A stretch of DNA of 64,000 bases from Octopus sinensis (Eukaryota): the NCBI RefSeq assembly GCF_006345805.1, contig NC_043009.1, positions 47,678,001 to 47,742,000 of the forward strand. Reading direction: 5' to 3'. Shown in pieces: positions 12,931 through 26,330 of the stretch. The position numbers and the translations under genes are program-made. The notes under the pieces were generated by a model. It ran no database searches. It was not told where the DNA came from and worked only from the letters and a program-made list of their open reading frames with translations. Each line of letters opens with the position of its first letter. Positions within the stretch are counted from its first letter, which is position 1.

Positions 12931-13872
12931 ATATATATATATATATAGATATATACATGTATATATATATATATATATATTTAAAGGGCTAAAAAACCAC
13001 TATGTGGTCAGCCACTTCTAGCATATGGCTGACCAAATAATGGTTTTTTAACCCTTTAAATATACACATGTATTAGAATTTTCTCTGATTCTTCAGATTT
13101 TTGTATGCTAGGCTACTGATTTTAAATTGATCTTAATTAAATTAACATTCAAGTTATCTCCTTCATTATTTAAATATATATATATATACACACATACACA
13201 CATCATCATCGTTTAACATCTGCCTTCCATGCTGGCATGGGTGGGACAGCTTAACAGGATCTGGCCAGGCAGAAGCCTGCACCAGACCTCTGTGACTGGT
13301 TTGGCAGGATTTTTTACAGCTGGATGTGCTTCCTAACATCAACCACCCAACAGAGTGGAACTATATATATGTATATAAATATATGTGTATACTTATATGT
13401 ATAATGTATATATTTGTGTGTGTGTTAGTGGTTGTGCCCCCCCCCCATCGCCTGACAACAGGTGTTGGTGTGTTTACACCCCTGTAACTTAGCAGTGCAA
13501 CAAAAGAGGCTTATAGAAAATAACTCCTGGGATCGATTTCTTCAACTAAAAACCCTTTAAAGTGGTGCTTCAGCATAACCACAGTCAAATGACTGAAACG
13601 AGTAAAAGAATAAGAGAATAAAAGAAAAGTGGCTGAGCACTCCACAGACACATGTGCCGTTTACATAGTTCACAGGGAGATTCAACCTGACACAGAATGT
13701 GACAAAACTGGCCCTTTGAAATACAGATCCTACTCATTTTTGCCATCTGAGTAGAACGGAGCAATTTGGAAAATAAAGTGTCTTGTCCAAAGACACAATA
13801 CACCGGGTATTGAACTCATGACCTTATGATCATGAGTTGGATACCCTAACCACCAAGCCACATGCCTTCACG
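12650..13872 (-). mobile_element. SINE C interrupted by SINE A (12731-13626, +), itself carrying a hairpin insert and a family D fragment (13200-13360)
   Basis: C sequence ..GATATTAATGTACA / AGTGGCTGAGCACTCC.. is collinear with the uninterrupted copy at 27108-27422. Confidence 0.8.
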
Positions 13873-13885
13873 AGCTGGAGTTTAA

Positions 13886-14106
13886 CCCTTTAGCATTTAA
13901 ACCAGCCATATCCGGCCAAAAGTATTCTGCCTGTTTTATGTTCAGCATGGCCAGATCTGGTCTCTCACACCAACCCTACAACATAATTTTAAAAATTAAC
14001 AACTACCTCATCAAAATCTCATAATTACAAGATAATGCATGATTAGTTCAAAACAATATGGATAAAAAAGGATTAATTTTGGCAGAATAATGTGAACACT
14101 AAAGGG
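13886..14106. mobile_element. piggyBac-type MITE
   Basis: TTAA-CCCTTTAG...CTAAAGGG-TTAA; second copy in opposite orientation at 25809-26028. Confidence 0.85.
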
Positions 14107-14745
14107 TTAACAATACCAAAATAAACAATTGCTAAGATAGGGTGTATAGTAGAGTCCTTGACCAAACTGAAGTATGGCATATCTTGCACACAGCTAGGGT
14201 TACTTCCAGGTATTCAGTTAATACCTTTATGGAACAAGTCTGCTTAAGCTGAGCTGATAAAGACTATTCTTTGCTAACAAGAATAGCAACAATAACAAAT
14301 TCTTCAAATATTCTGTAAATTAGAGTATTCATAGAGAATTGTATAATAAATGTAAGATTGGTAAAAACAAAACAAAAAAACAACTCGTTAAAAATAAAAG
14401 ATAAATTCTTGAGATAATTGCCAAGTGCATGACCACATAGAGAACTGATAAAATGTCAGCTCATCATCATTATCATCATCGTCACTTCCATCACCACCAC
14501 CACCACTACCACCATCACCATCAACACAATATTCATGATTGTCAATGAGGGAGTGTCAAAGTGGTTGTTTGACCCGGTTAAAACAGAAGCTGAATTTCCA
14601 AGAAATCATACCCAACTAACTTGAACTAATGTGACAGAATGGTCATAGCTACACTGTCTTCGACAATGGGTCTCTTCAATCAGGGGATGACTTAGAACTA
14701 AACAACAACAATAACAAAATGATTATCATAATCATCATCCTCAAC

Positions 14746-14777
<32 letters not shown>

Positions 14778-14880
14778 CCATCACCAATTATTTTAGCATG
14801 TTTTTCCATGCTAGAATGGGTTACACACACACACAAGTATATGTGTATACACAGATGCACACACACATACATGTTATACA

Positions 14881-14913
<33 letters not shown>

Positions 14914-15357
14914 CATATGCTCAAAGAGAATCAATTAGCATCCTTGTGAATGTTAGCATCAATATTTAATAGGTGTCAGATTATGGGATCGATTATTGAA
15001 TTAATTAACAACGAGTAAACATTGTTATGCATTCAATTATTAATAGCGTGCAAGAACTTTGGTTCAATGTTAGCCAATTAACAATCAGAGGGAACAACTA
15101 GCACAGCAAAAAATCCTATCCCTAATTAAAAACAAAACATGTGTTCTGGTATTTTAAGACAATTATAGTTTTTTACTTTGATCTGTTTAGCTATTAGCTT
15201 TATCAATGCCATTCTCTGATATAATGTTGGAGAATCATTTACCATTCCAGAGATACGGGACAATTATTTTTACAAAGGGAAAAGGAGTGCTTTATATGGT
15301 TGCTTGATCTTTTAGAAATATCAACTAAATCTCCCTGGAATCATATTTTAATATCTT

Positions 15358-15724
15358 AACAAGGGCACTCAGAGTGTGCAAACCTCCACCAAGGCAACAC
15401 CAATGTCCTCTCAATGATTAGCCAGAGATGACTTTTAAAATGAGAATATCTGAAATAAATTTGATTGCTCTCACAAACGAGAATACTAAAAATGAACCCA
15501 ACCGCTTTCAAAAATTGATTAAAAGAAAAACAAAAAAATAATCCAGAATCCTTGTTTAGTACTGGATCAATCCGAAAATCTAATCAGCTCATGCCAGTCA
15601 TGAGACCAAACATCCCTGAAAGTTTCATCTGAATCCATCCAACGGTTCTTGAGAATATCTTGTCCATGGACAAACAAACATGACTGAAAACAATACCTCT
15701 GCCTTCGCTAAGGCAGAAGTAATA
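15358..15724 (+). mobile_element. Non-autonomous Helentron/DINE-like element
   Basis: Starts AACAAG; subterminal ACCTCCACCAAGGC; internal GAATCCATCCAACGGTTCTTGAGA and (CAAA)n; 3' hairpin CTCTGCCTT-CGCT-AAGGCAGAAG before TAATAA. Confidence 0.65.
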
Positions 15725-16289
15725 AAGAAGTCTCTGTTTGATAATGTAGTCCTTGATATACAAAACAAAAGAATGGTCCTAACTGAACACTCTTGATCAT
15801 AAGACTGCTCAATAGAGTTTGACATAAAGGGTGTCTCTACTGGTTGCTTAAGATGCAAGAAGTAGCAACCAAATATTCTATCAATTACACTTTATCACCT
15901 TAAGAATGATGGCATCAAATTGTACATTGACGAAGTAATATTAAATACATGACACCAGAATAGTTTTGACTTTGAGTTTGCTCAATTATGGCCGACCAGT
16001 AATTAAGCATTATTTCCACCCACAGCTTGAAAATGCTTCCCTAATGGGATCGACTAAGACTGAAGCATGACTGAAATTACTCCTGTACTATTGAAATTCA
16101 GATTTATTCTCCACTATATTCTGTATGTGATTTTAAATTCTAAGGCTATCCCCATGATTTTCTTGATCAGAATTACTCATTTACATAAAGCTTTTTCTCA
16201 TCCTTTGACTGTGGCATTTTTTAATAAACATATCTAAGCCTCAAGTGGCATCCTTGAGAATATCTCCATAGACAGTCATTTTCTTAATA

Positions 16290-16782
16290 GAAGACCTGCC
16301 AAACCAAGTGAGATTGTAGCCATGGTTGATGCATAAACAGCACCCCTCAAATGTTGGGTGATACACCATGCTTGAGAAGAACTGTCAAGCCAAGTGAAAT
16401 CATATTTGCGGCTGACGCCAGTGTTGTATCACTGGCACCTATGCCAGTGGTATGTAAAAAGCATCGTTCGAATATTGGGCCTCAGAGAGGGAGTGACAGG
16501 TGACCAAGACCTTTGGCAATATACTGTGCTATGAGATTGTAGTTGTGGCAGATGCTGGCATTACATAAATGGTACCCATGCTGGTGGCACGTAAAAAGCA
16601 CCCACTACACTTTTGGAGTGGTTGGCATTAGGAAGGGCATACAGCCATAGAAACCATACCAAATAAAATTGGAACCTGGTGCAGTACCCCAGCTTATGAG
16701 TTTTCAGTCAAACTGTTCAACCCATGCCAGCATGAAAAACAGATGTTAAATGACGATGATAATGATGATGATGATGATGATG
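16290..16782 (+). mobile_element. Family D retroposon, long copy with internal tandem units and (GAT)n tail
   Basis: GGCACGTAAAAAGCACCCACTACAC..GGAAGGGCAT..CCCATGCCAGCATG..(GAT)n. Confidence 0.8.
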
Positions 16783-17009
16783 AGACTGAATCAAAAAAGA
16801 TCTGAGTGGGAAGATTTCAAAAGGAGAGAAACACATAACATTAATTATAGAAGTTATTAGATCTAAATAGCTTATTAGATAAATATAATCAGTAAAGCAA
16901 ATAGGTTTCATAGACAATCATAAGTAATTTCAGCTTTATTAAAGTATTTAATAATTGTTAACCGGTTCTAATAATATGACCACCACTACATTATATCTCT
17001 TTATTGTTT

Positions 17010-17400
17010 ATTCTTTTACTTGTTTAAGTCATTTGACTGCAGAAGAAATCAATCCAAAGACTAATTCTTTCCACGGAAATCGACTCCAGGACTTATTCTT
17101 TGTAAGCCTAGTATTTACTCTATCGGACTCTTTTGTGGAACTGCTAAGTTATGGAGATGTAAACACACCAACATCGGTTGTTAAGTGATGGTTGGGGTAC
17201 AAACACAGACACATAAATACACACACACACACATATATATATGTATATATGTATATACATATATATACAAAGGGCTTCTTTTCAGTTTCCATCTACCAAA
17301 TCCACTCACAAAGCTTTGGTCAGCCCGAGGCTGTAGTAGGAGATACTTGCCCAAGCTTCCATGCAGTGGGACTAAACCTGGAACCTTGTAGTTGGGAAGC
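17010..17400 (-). mobile_element. SINE family A
   Basis: Reverse complement of consensus. Confidence 0.85.
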
Positions 17401-18534
17401 CTGTAGAGAAAACCGGGAAAAAAAATGCCCAAGTTTTTGTATATTTTTTTTGGTTCCCTGATCGGTGTTAGTTGAACAAATAACTTTATATCATTGTATA
17501 TGTATGGTCAGTAAATTCTTTTTTGTGTTTTTTTACTTTCTACTATAAGCACAAGGCCTGAAATTTGCTGGACAGAGCTAGTTGATTACATCAACTACAC
17601 TGCTCAACTGGTACTTAATTGTAATAACCCAAAAAGGATGAAAGGTAAAGTGGACTTTGACAACTTTTGTATTCTGATTGCAAAACTGGAAGAAATACTT
17701 CTAAGCATTTTATTTCATTGCAGTTATGATTCTGTCAGCTTGCCCATATAATGCTTTCTCCAGACATTTTGCAACCTACTTAATCTGCAAAATGTTATTC
17801 TCGGTTCATGGTCTGTTTTCCCTCAAACTCAGAACATCTTTAGGCATTTACACACTCATACTTCATAAATTGATTGCTCAAATAATAATGTTAATGCACA
17901 AGTGATCTTATTAATTTTCAAACTTTCATCTTTTACTTGTTTCAATCATTGGATTGCAGCCATGCCGGGCACAGCTTTCAAGAGTTTAATCAAACAACTG
18001 GCCTCCAGTAAATTTTTTTTTTTTTGGATTGGGGTACTTATACTGTTGTTTTTTTTGCTGTACTGCTAAGTTACAGGGACATAAAAAACCATAAAAAACC
18101 AACACCAGTTGTGAAGCAGTGGTAGGAGAACAAACGCAAACACACACATTCAAGGTGGTGGGGAGATAGACACAGAGAAGATAAAAAGAAAGAAAAACCT
18201 TAAGGTCTATGAAAACTCTCAAATAATATTAGTAATTAATATTTAACAGATATTGTCGAATTATGTCACTGACTAGGATGCAGACATGTTACAAAAATTT
18301 TGACACCTCAAAAAATAAATGAAAAATTAGATATAACAAAATAGTAATTAAATATAAATCAAATTTAATTGTGTGTTCATAATGGGTTAAGATGACACTT
18401 TCATAATGTAATTGCCAGCTTGATATATTTTTCTGTAATCATTGCAGACAATCTGTGCTTCCATCATCACTGAACAGCATTAAGTCCCAGAAATAGGGAT
18501 GTAGCACATTTTATATTTTCTACGTAAAGATAAT

Positions 18535-18810
18535 AGGTACAGGTATGGCTGAGTGGTAAGATGCTTACTTCCCAACCACATGGTTCTATCTTCGATCCCA
18601 CTGTGTGGCACCTTGGGCAAGAGTCTTCTACTACAGCCCTGGGCTGACCAAAGCCTTCAGAGTGGATTTGGTAGGAGAGGAAACTGAAAGAAGCCTGTTG
18701 TATGTATATAAGCATATATGTATATATGTGTGTGTTTGTCTGTCTGTCTCCAACCACTGCTTGGCAACCAGTGTTGCTTTGTTTACATCCTCATAACTGA
18801 TTGATTTAGC
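18535..18810 (+). mobile_element. SINE family A, 3'-truncated
   Basis: Consensus head and body; abuts the Gypsy remnant. Confidence 0.8.
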
Positions 18811-18835
18811 AAAAACTGAAAGAAGCCTATCATGT

Positions 18836-18866
<31 letters not shown>

Positions 18867-20290
18867 TATGTGTTACAAGCATTTTTAGGCTTGGTAAACT
18901 ACTATCAAGTATATATCTCGAACATACACAACACAAGGGCTCCACTAAACGAGCTGTTAAGAAAAGATGCCTAATGGTTTGGGTCAGAAAAATGCCAGAA
19001 GGCATTTGAAGAACTAAAAAGCATGTTATCTTCAGACTTATTGCTTACACACTTCAATCCAAAGTTGGAAATGATACTGGCAACAGATGTTAGTGAGTAT
19101 GGGATAGGTGGTATACAAATGTGAAGATGGCAGTCAAAAGGACATAGCTCATGTGTCAAGGATGTTATTTCAAGTGGAAAAAAAATTATAGCCAAATTGA
19201 AAAAGAGGCATTGGTGATTATATTTGGCATGAAAAAGTTCCATAGATTTATACATGGTAGATGGTTCAGACTACAAACAGACCATCGCCTGTTGCTAACG
19301 ATTTATGGATCCAAGAAAATAATCCCAGTACATACAGCAGACATGTTCCAGCGATGGGGCACTATACTTCTAAACTACAACTACACAATGGAATATTTAC
19401 CTTTGGAAAAGCTAGGACATGCTGACTGCCTATCCAGGTTAATACTCAGAAATGGTCAACTATTTAAAGATACAGTAATAGCAGCCCTAAGAGCCTAAGG
19501 GGGAAATTAAACATATAATGTGCAACATTGTACAAGAGTTACCAATAACTCTGGAGGAGATAAAGAGATATGCATCAAAAGAGAAGTTCATTAATAAAAC
19601 AAAACAAAAACTCTGTTGTCAGCTAAAGAAAACAAAAATAAGTTTGGTAAGAACAGCAACAGGTAAACATGTATTCAACATGCGATGGTGTGCTGCTGTA
19701 TGGCCAAATGGTAGTGATACCTGTGACTTTACAAAAAAGAATGTTGAAAGAATTCCATATTGGACATCCAGGGATTGCAAGAATGAAAGCACTTATGTGC
19801 AGTTGTGTGTATTGGCCAAAGATGGACAAGGAAGTTGAAAACATGGTAAAAGGCTGCAGAGGATGTATGCTGGCAGCGAAATTGCCTACTCAAAAATGGG
19901 AAACTTGGCCAGAAATAAATCCATGGTCAAAACTACATATCAATTTTGTGGGTTAGTTAAATGGTTATTACTACTTAGTAGTAGTTGATGGTTTTACAAA
20001 ATGACTGGAAATCGTTAAGTGCAAAAGACCAACCTCCAAGTTGGTAGTAAATTTTTTGAACAAATTATTTACAAGATTTGGCATCCCAGACGTGATTGTA
20101 TCTGATAATGGAACACGATTTGTGTCTAGTGAATTTAGAAAATTCTGCAAAAACATAAAACATTAGTGCTTTACCATCCCAGATCAAATGGACAGGCAGA
20201 GCGTTTTGTGGACATTTTAAAAAGAGCTTTGAGAAAAGCAAACAAAGAAGTCACAGACGAAGTTGCTCTGTAGTAATTCCTAAGGGTATA

Positions 20291-20521
20291 AGGCGGCGAG
20301 CTGGCAGAAACATTAGTGCGCCGGGCGAAATGCGTAGCCGTATTCGTCTGCCGCTACGTTCTGAGTTCAAATTCCGCCGAGGTCGACTTTGCCTTTCATC
20401 CTTTCGGGGTCGATAAATTAAGTACCAGTTACGCACTGGGGTCGATGTAATCGACTTAATCCGTTTGTCTGTCCTTGTTTGTCTTCTCTGTGTTTGGCCC
20501 CTTGTGGGTAGTAAAGAAATA
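20291..20521 (+). mobile_element. SINE family B inserted in Gypsy integrase
   Basis: Full-length consensus, TSD GGTATA (20285-20290 / 20522-20527). Confidence 0.92.
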
Positions 20522-20844
20522 GGTATACAGGGTGATATTGAACCCCAATACATCAGCAGGAAGCTCACTAACAGAGCTGATGTTCACAAGGAAAGTGAAA
20601 TCAGTTTTTCATAAACTGTTACCTGAGGAAGAATGAAAATGTACCAGGGAAAGACAACCGAAATTTTTTTGAAATTGGTGATAAGATGTAGATGAGGTCA
20701 TATAAAAAACGGAAAACAGTACTGGGAAGAAAGTAAAATTACAAAGTACATAGGAAAAATGATGCACGGAATTAAAAGTAGAAAAAGTATTGAAAAAAAG
20801 ACAGAAACCAATTGAAGAAAAGATTCATAGAAAATGAACCTGAC

Positions 20845-21075
20845 AGGCGAGCTGGCAGAAATGTTAGCATGCCAGGCGAAATGCTTAGCGGTATTTCGTC
20901 CGCCGCTACGCTCTGAGTTCAAATTCTGCTGAGGTCGACTTTGCCTTTCATCCTTTTGGAGTCGATAATTTGAGTACCAGTCACACACTGGGGTCGATGT
21001 AATCGACTTAATCCCTTTGTCTGACCTTGTTTGTCCTCTCTATGTTTAGCCCCTTGTGGGCAATAAAGAAATAAG
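20845..21075 (+). mobile_element. SINE family B inserted in Gypsy 3' region
   Basis: Full-length consensus; imperfect TSD AGAAAATGAAyCwGrCAG. Confidence 0.9.
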
Positions 21076-21508
21076 AAAATGAATCAGGCAGATTGGAAGA
21101 ACCTTTGGAATGGCTGTATGACACATTCCATGTACCAACACTGTTACAGGTGGCTGAACCCATGCGTACAAGAGGAAGAAAAAGGAAGAACACAGAGTTC
21201 CTACAAATAGATGTCAAAAAGAAAAAAATATTAAGTTGGTTAAAAGAAATGTTAAAAAGGGAGGAAGGGCGAATAAAGTAAAATAAAATTACTTGCTTCC
21301 CAAAGAAAAAAAAAAAAACTAAAAGGGGGAGATGTTGCACTGAAAATTCTAGAAATATTTGCAGAGTTATTATATAGCAAAACAGGAATCTGGAAATTTT
21401 TTTGTATTATTTATTCACCGTTACACGTGTTTCATTTGCTAATAGGAATCATGTGTAATGGTGAATAAATGATATCAAAAAGTTTCCCAAATTCCTGTTT
21501 TGTTGTGT

Positions 21509-21539
<31 letters not shown>

Positions 21540-21627
21540 AGTGAAAACACAGAGAGAAAACAACAATGTGAGGATGTGGAACAAGCATAGTGTTATTGGA
21601 CGCTCAGGAAAGGAAAGAAAGAAGGAG

Positions 21628-21665
21628 GATTTAACATTTCGAGTGGAGCTCTTCGTCAGAAACAT
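21628..21665 (-). ncRNA. Minimal hammerhead ribozyme-like motif within a repeat (21560-21735), probable Penelope-like pLTR
   Basis: Minus strand GTTT-CTGACGA-AGAGCTCCACTC-GAAA-TGTT-AAATCC; core intact, stem III loopless/palindromic type. Confidence 0.55.
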
Positions 21666-21943
21666 AGGAAAAGGTAAGATCCAAGGAAGGGAAGACGGAG
21701 GAAAAAAAATCGCCAATGGTACACACACGGTCATATATTTAGAGTATGCAAACTGGTAGCTCTCATCTGAAGCACTAGAGTGGATGGGTATATAAATGGA
21801 TTGGTTACTTGTTTCTTTGTGATTGGTCCAGTGATGTAGAGCCCTCTCATGAGAGTGCAATAAGGGTTGAAAATTTTATAAAGGCTTTTCATAATTTTTT
21901 TTCAATGTATGCAGGGAAAGGTAAATTCAACATTTTTGCATGT

Positions 21944-21980
<37 letters not shown>

Positions 21981-22116
21981 ACACACATATCATTATCATC
22001 ATCATCATCATCATCATCATCATTATCATCATTTAATGTTCGCCATCCATGCTGGCATTGGTTGGATGGTTTGACAGGAGCTGGCCAGACAGAAAACAAC
22101 ACCATATTTCTTTGTC

Positions 22117-22168
<52 letters not shown>

Positions 22169-22509
22169 GGTGTGAATGACTGCTGTACAATTTCAGCCTA
22201 CCAAATTTCACCCAAGGCTTATAATCAACTTAATCCAAGGCTGTAGATAAAAACATTTAGTCAGGGTACTCTGGCTTTGTAGTTACACAATTCATTTCAC
22301 AAACTCACTGGGATTGATCCTGATATGCCATTACATTCAGATCTTGAAGTCAGAATGATAGCAATTCAAAAAATTAATAAAATGAAAGCAGAAAAAAAAA
22401 AGAGAAGCAAACATAACAAAGTCAGCTAGTGTAACTTTAAACTAATACAACTTTACCAAGAAGTCTAAGAAGGCAACTTCTCTCTTGTCCATAATATAAT
22501 AAGTACACC

Positions 22510-22890
22510 TTTTTCTTTTATTTGTTTCAGTCATTTGACTGCGGCCATGCTGGAGCACCACCTTTAGTCGAGCAAATTGATCCCAGGACTTATTCTTTGT
22601 AAGTCTAGTACTTATTCTATCGGTCTTTCTTGCAAAACCGCTAAGTGACGTAAATGTAAACATACCAGCATCAGTTGTCAAGCGATGTTGGGGGGACAAA
22701 CACAGACACATAAACATATATATATACACGACAGGCTTCTTTCAGTTTCCGTCTACCAAATCTACTCACAAGGCTTTGGTTGGCCTGAGGCTATAGTAGA
22801 AGACACTTGCCCAAGATGCCATGCAGTGGGACTGAACCCGGAACCATGTGGTTTGTACGAAAGCTAACTTACCACACAGCCAGTCCTGTG
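22510..22890 (-). mobile_element. SINE family A, full length
   Basis: Reverse complement of consensus. Confidence 0.9.
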
Positions 22891-23774
22891 TCAATAAGAT
22901 GCAGAAGAGAAAATAATTATGTTCAGGTATGTTGTATGATTGTCAGTATTTCTAATAGCACATGTTCTTCATGGACAAAACAAAGTACTCAATACACACA
23001 TTTGTCAAATGCAACATGTAATGGAGTTTATGATACTCAGGATTTCCAGAGTACTTTTATCAGTCAGCGCACATGGACACACAAACATAAACACACACAC
23101 ACAGACACACACAGATTCATACCCTTTATTCAGCAGTAGTATATAACAGAGAAGTATGAAGAATAAACAGATAGAGGATGAATTAAGAATGCAGGCTGAG
23201 AGCCAACATGTTTCTATTAGATCTACAACATTAGATAAGATGATGAATTTATTCTTGAATGTCATTGTCAAAATCTGACAGATAATTAAGCAACATTCAT
23301 TGATATATTACTATAATGGATAATAGGAAGTTGATAAATAAAGATAAAGTTATGACTGACACTTAGTTTAGGGAGTGAGGGAAGGAGGGGGGGGGAATGA
23401 GATATATGAAGAGCATTATAAAAAGATAAGAGAGGCGAAAAATGAAACACAAGTCTGAATGGTGCCAAAAGACATCTACAAAGTAATTCAATAAAATAAT
23501 TTTGCGATTATTTCCAGAGAAAATTTATCTGGAGTTTACAGAATGACATAAAAGTAAGGGAAAATATGAGACACCAGGTTGGATGATGGCTCTAAAGTGA
23601 ATAAGGAAAATAATTTTTATCTTTTACTTGTTTCTGTCACTGGACTGCTGCCATGCTGGGGCACTGCCTTGCAGGGATTAGTTGAGCAAATCAACACCAG
23701 TGGTTATTCAGTTATTTTAAGGTCTGGTATTTTATTCTAATTTCGAGAATCGATTCTGATTCTCGAAATCGATT

Positions 23775-24140
23775 GCCGGTGGCACGTAAGAGAATCATCC
23801 GAACGTGGCCGTTGCCAGCGCCGCCCCGACTGGCCTTGTGCCGGTGGCATGTAAAAAGCACCATCCATTCATGGCCGTTGCCAGCCTCACCTGGTCCCCG
23901 TGTTGGTGGCACGTAAAAAGCACCATCCGATCGTGGCCGTTTGCCAGCCTCATCTGGCACGTAAAAAGCACCCACTACACTCATGGAGTGGTTGACATTA
24001 GGAAGGGCATCCAGACGTAGAAACATTGCCAGATCAGACTGGGCCTGGTGCAGCCTTCTGGCTTCCCAGACCCCAGTTGAACCGTCCAACTCACGCTAGC
24101 ATGGAAAGCGGACGCTAAACGATGATGATGAAGATGATGA
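23775..24140 (+). mobile_element. Family D retroposon with ~55-bp internal tandem repeats, inserted in a minus-strand SINE A (23620-24420)
   Basis: Four units of GGCACGTAAAAAGCACC..GGCCGTTGCCAGC; tail GGACGCTAAAC(GAT)n. Confidence 0.85.
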
Positions 24141-24642
24141 TGGCCACTCTTAAGAGCTGTTTTCTTAAAGGCTGTAAACAAACCAGCACTGGTTGTCAAG
24201 CATTGGGGGGGATGGGAGGAAACAAACACAAACTCATAAGCATTCACACACAAACACACACATACATGATGGGCTTCCACACAGTTTCTGTCCACCAGAT
24301 CCATTTACAAAGCATTGGTCAGTTTGAAGCTATAATACAAGACACTTGCCCAAGGTACTGCACAATGGGATTGAACCCAAAACCTTGTAGCTACAAAGTT
24401 AGCTTCTTAACGACACAGCTACATAGTAAATCTTTAGTGAAATTTATTTGAATTTTAAAAAGAAATATCTCAAATTATTATTATAAATAAGATGAAATAA
24501 AACAAAGCAATTACCATTTGTATGATATTGGTGGCTACTAATTAGTTCATTAATAAATGATATTAATTGTTTAGTTGTGTAGAATAATAGAAATGGTTTG
24601 AGCAAGAGAATACTAAAGGTAAACAGTAGTAGTAGTAGTAGT

Positions 24643-24695
<53 letters not shown>

Positions 24696-24778
24696 CAGCA
24701 GCAGCAGCAGTAATAGGTTTCATCAAAATGACAATATATGCCCTCTAAACAAAAAGTGCCCTCCTGCTTAAGGAGTGA

Positions 24779-24830
<52 letters not shown>

Positions 24831-25307
24831 GTGCGTGCGTGTGTGTGTGTGTGTGTGTAAACTACAATAAAATCAATTTAAAATCAGAATTCCCAATTTC
24901 AAATAAAATCACATTAATTATTTATGTGACAAAGAAATTAAATTGAAATGAATATTTATAACAGTTGCTGAGAGTCAATATAAGTTTAGTGAGTTTATTC
25001 TTTGATTCATCGACACAATACTTGTTAAGAATGTAGAATTAAGAAGGGAAAATAAGCCTTAAAACCTTCAATGCACTTTATTCTCTTTAGAAATTTCCAT
25101 GTGACACAAAAACACCAAGACACTATTGATTTCTTTGGTGAGTCTTAAAGAATAATTCTGTTTATTTGTTCCAACACATGAAAGGAAAATGTATAAATGA
25201 GAGATAAATTAAAACTAAAGGTATAAATTTAAATGCCACCTGTATTTTTAATGTTTAGAAGAAGATAATTGGCTAAACTTTGGAAACCTAGTGAAATTTC
25301 ATCCAAA

Positions 25308-25474
25308 TAGGCGCAGGAGTGGCTGTGTGGTAAGTAGCTTGCTAACCAACCACATGGTTCCGGGTTCAGTCCCACTGTGTGGCATCTTGGGCAAGTGTCT
25401 TCTGCTATAGCCCCGGGCCGACCAATGCCTTGTGAGTGGATTTGGTAGATGGAAACTGAAAGAAGCCTGTCGTA

Positions 25475-25508
<34 letters not shown>

Positions 25509-25742
25509 AGTGTGTGTGTATATGTTTGTGTGTCTGTGTTTGTCCCCCTAGCATTGCTTGACAACCGATGCTGGTGTGTTTACGTCCCCGTCACTTAGCA
25601 GTTCGGCAAAAGAGACCGATAGAATAAGTACTGGGCTTACAAAGAATAAGTCCTGGGGTCAATTTGCTCGACTAAAGGCGGTGCTCCAGCATGGCCGCAG
25701 TCAAATGACTGAAACAAGTAAAAGAGTAAAAGAGAAAAGAGT
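25308..25742 (+). mobile_element. SINE family A, full length, young
   Basis: CpG-rich near-consensus copy with (GTAAAAGA)n tail. Confidence 0.93.
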
Positions 25743-25808
25743 AATAGTTTATACTCTGACTGACAGGAATGTATTACCAATTTCTTCAAAAGAATAGTTT
25801 TGGTTTAA

Positions 25809-26028
25809 CCTTTTAGCATTTAGATTCCCCAGTCAAATGTAATGCTTTTTTATTCACATTGTTTTGAATTAATCATGCATTGTCTTGTTGCTTCAAGTTT
25901 CTGATGTTGTGGTTGTTTATTTTTAGAATGACATTGTTTGGTAAGTGTGAGAAGCTGGATCTGGCTGTTTTGAACATAAAACCAATAGAATACGTGGGCC
26001 GGATATGGCTGGTTTAAATGCTAAAGAG
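25809..26028. mobile_element. piggyBac-type MITE (same family as 13886-14106)
   Basis: TTAA-CCTTTTAGCATT...AATGCTAAAGAG; internal sequence is the reverse complement of the 13.9-kb copy. Confidence 0.75.
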
Positions 26029-26292
26029 CTAAATACTATAGGATAATCATGGTTTGCAAAGCAACTCTTTTCTAATATCTTTTATCTTTATCATTTTATT
26101 TGTTTCAGTCATTGGATTACAGCCATGCTGGAGCACTGCCTTCAAAAGTTTAGTTGAACAAATCAGCTGCAGTACTTATATTTTTTAAAGTCTGGCACTT
26201 ATTCTATCAGTCTCTTTTGAGGAACTGCTAAGTTATGGGGACATAAACAAACCAATACTAATTGTCAAATGATGAGAGAGACAAACACAAAG

Positions 26293-26330
<38 letters not shown>

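Larger units (their letters stand above)
18870..21332 (+). mobile_element. Decayed Ty3/Gypsy LTR retrotransposon pol (RT end, RNase H, integrase) ending in a polypurine tract
   Basis: RNase H YSQIEKEALVIIFGMKKFHRFIHGRWFRLQTDH; integrase HHCC (FHIGHPGIARMK..YWPKMDKEVENMVKGCRGC); core RFGIPDVIVSDNG..YHPRSNGQAERFV; stops and frameshifts; PPT AAAAGGGGGAGA at 21321-21332 then TGTTG (3' LTR start). Confidence 0.92.

Noticed and set aside
23775-23975. Regularly spaced ~55-bp repeats superficially like a CRISPR array
   Set aside because: The 'spacers' are homologous to each other, it is an internal minisatellite of family D, the context is eukaryotic and there are no cas genes
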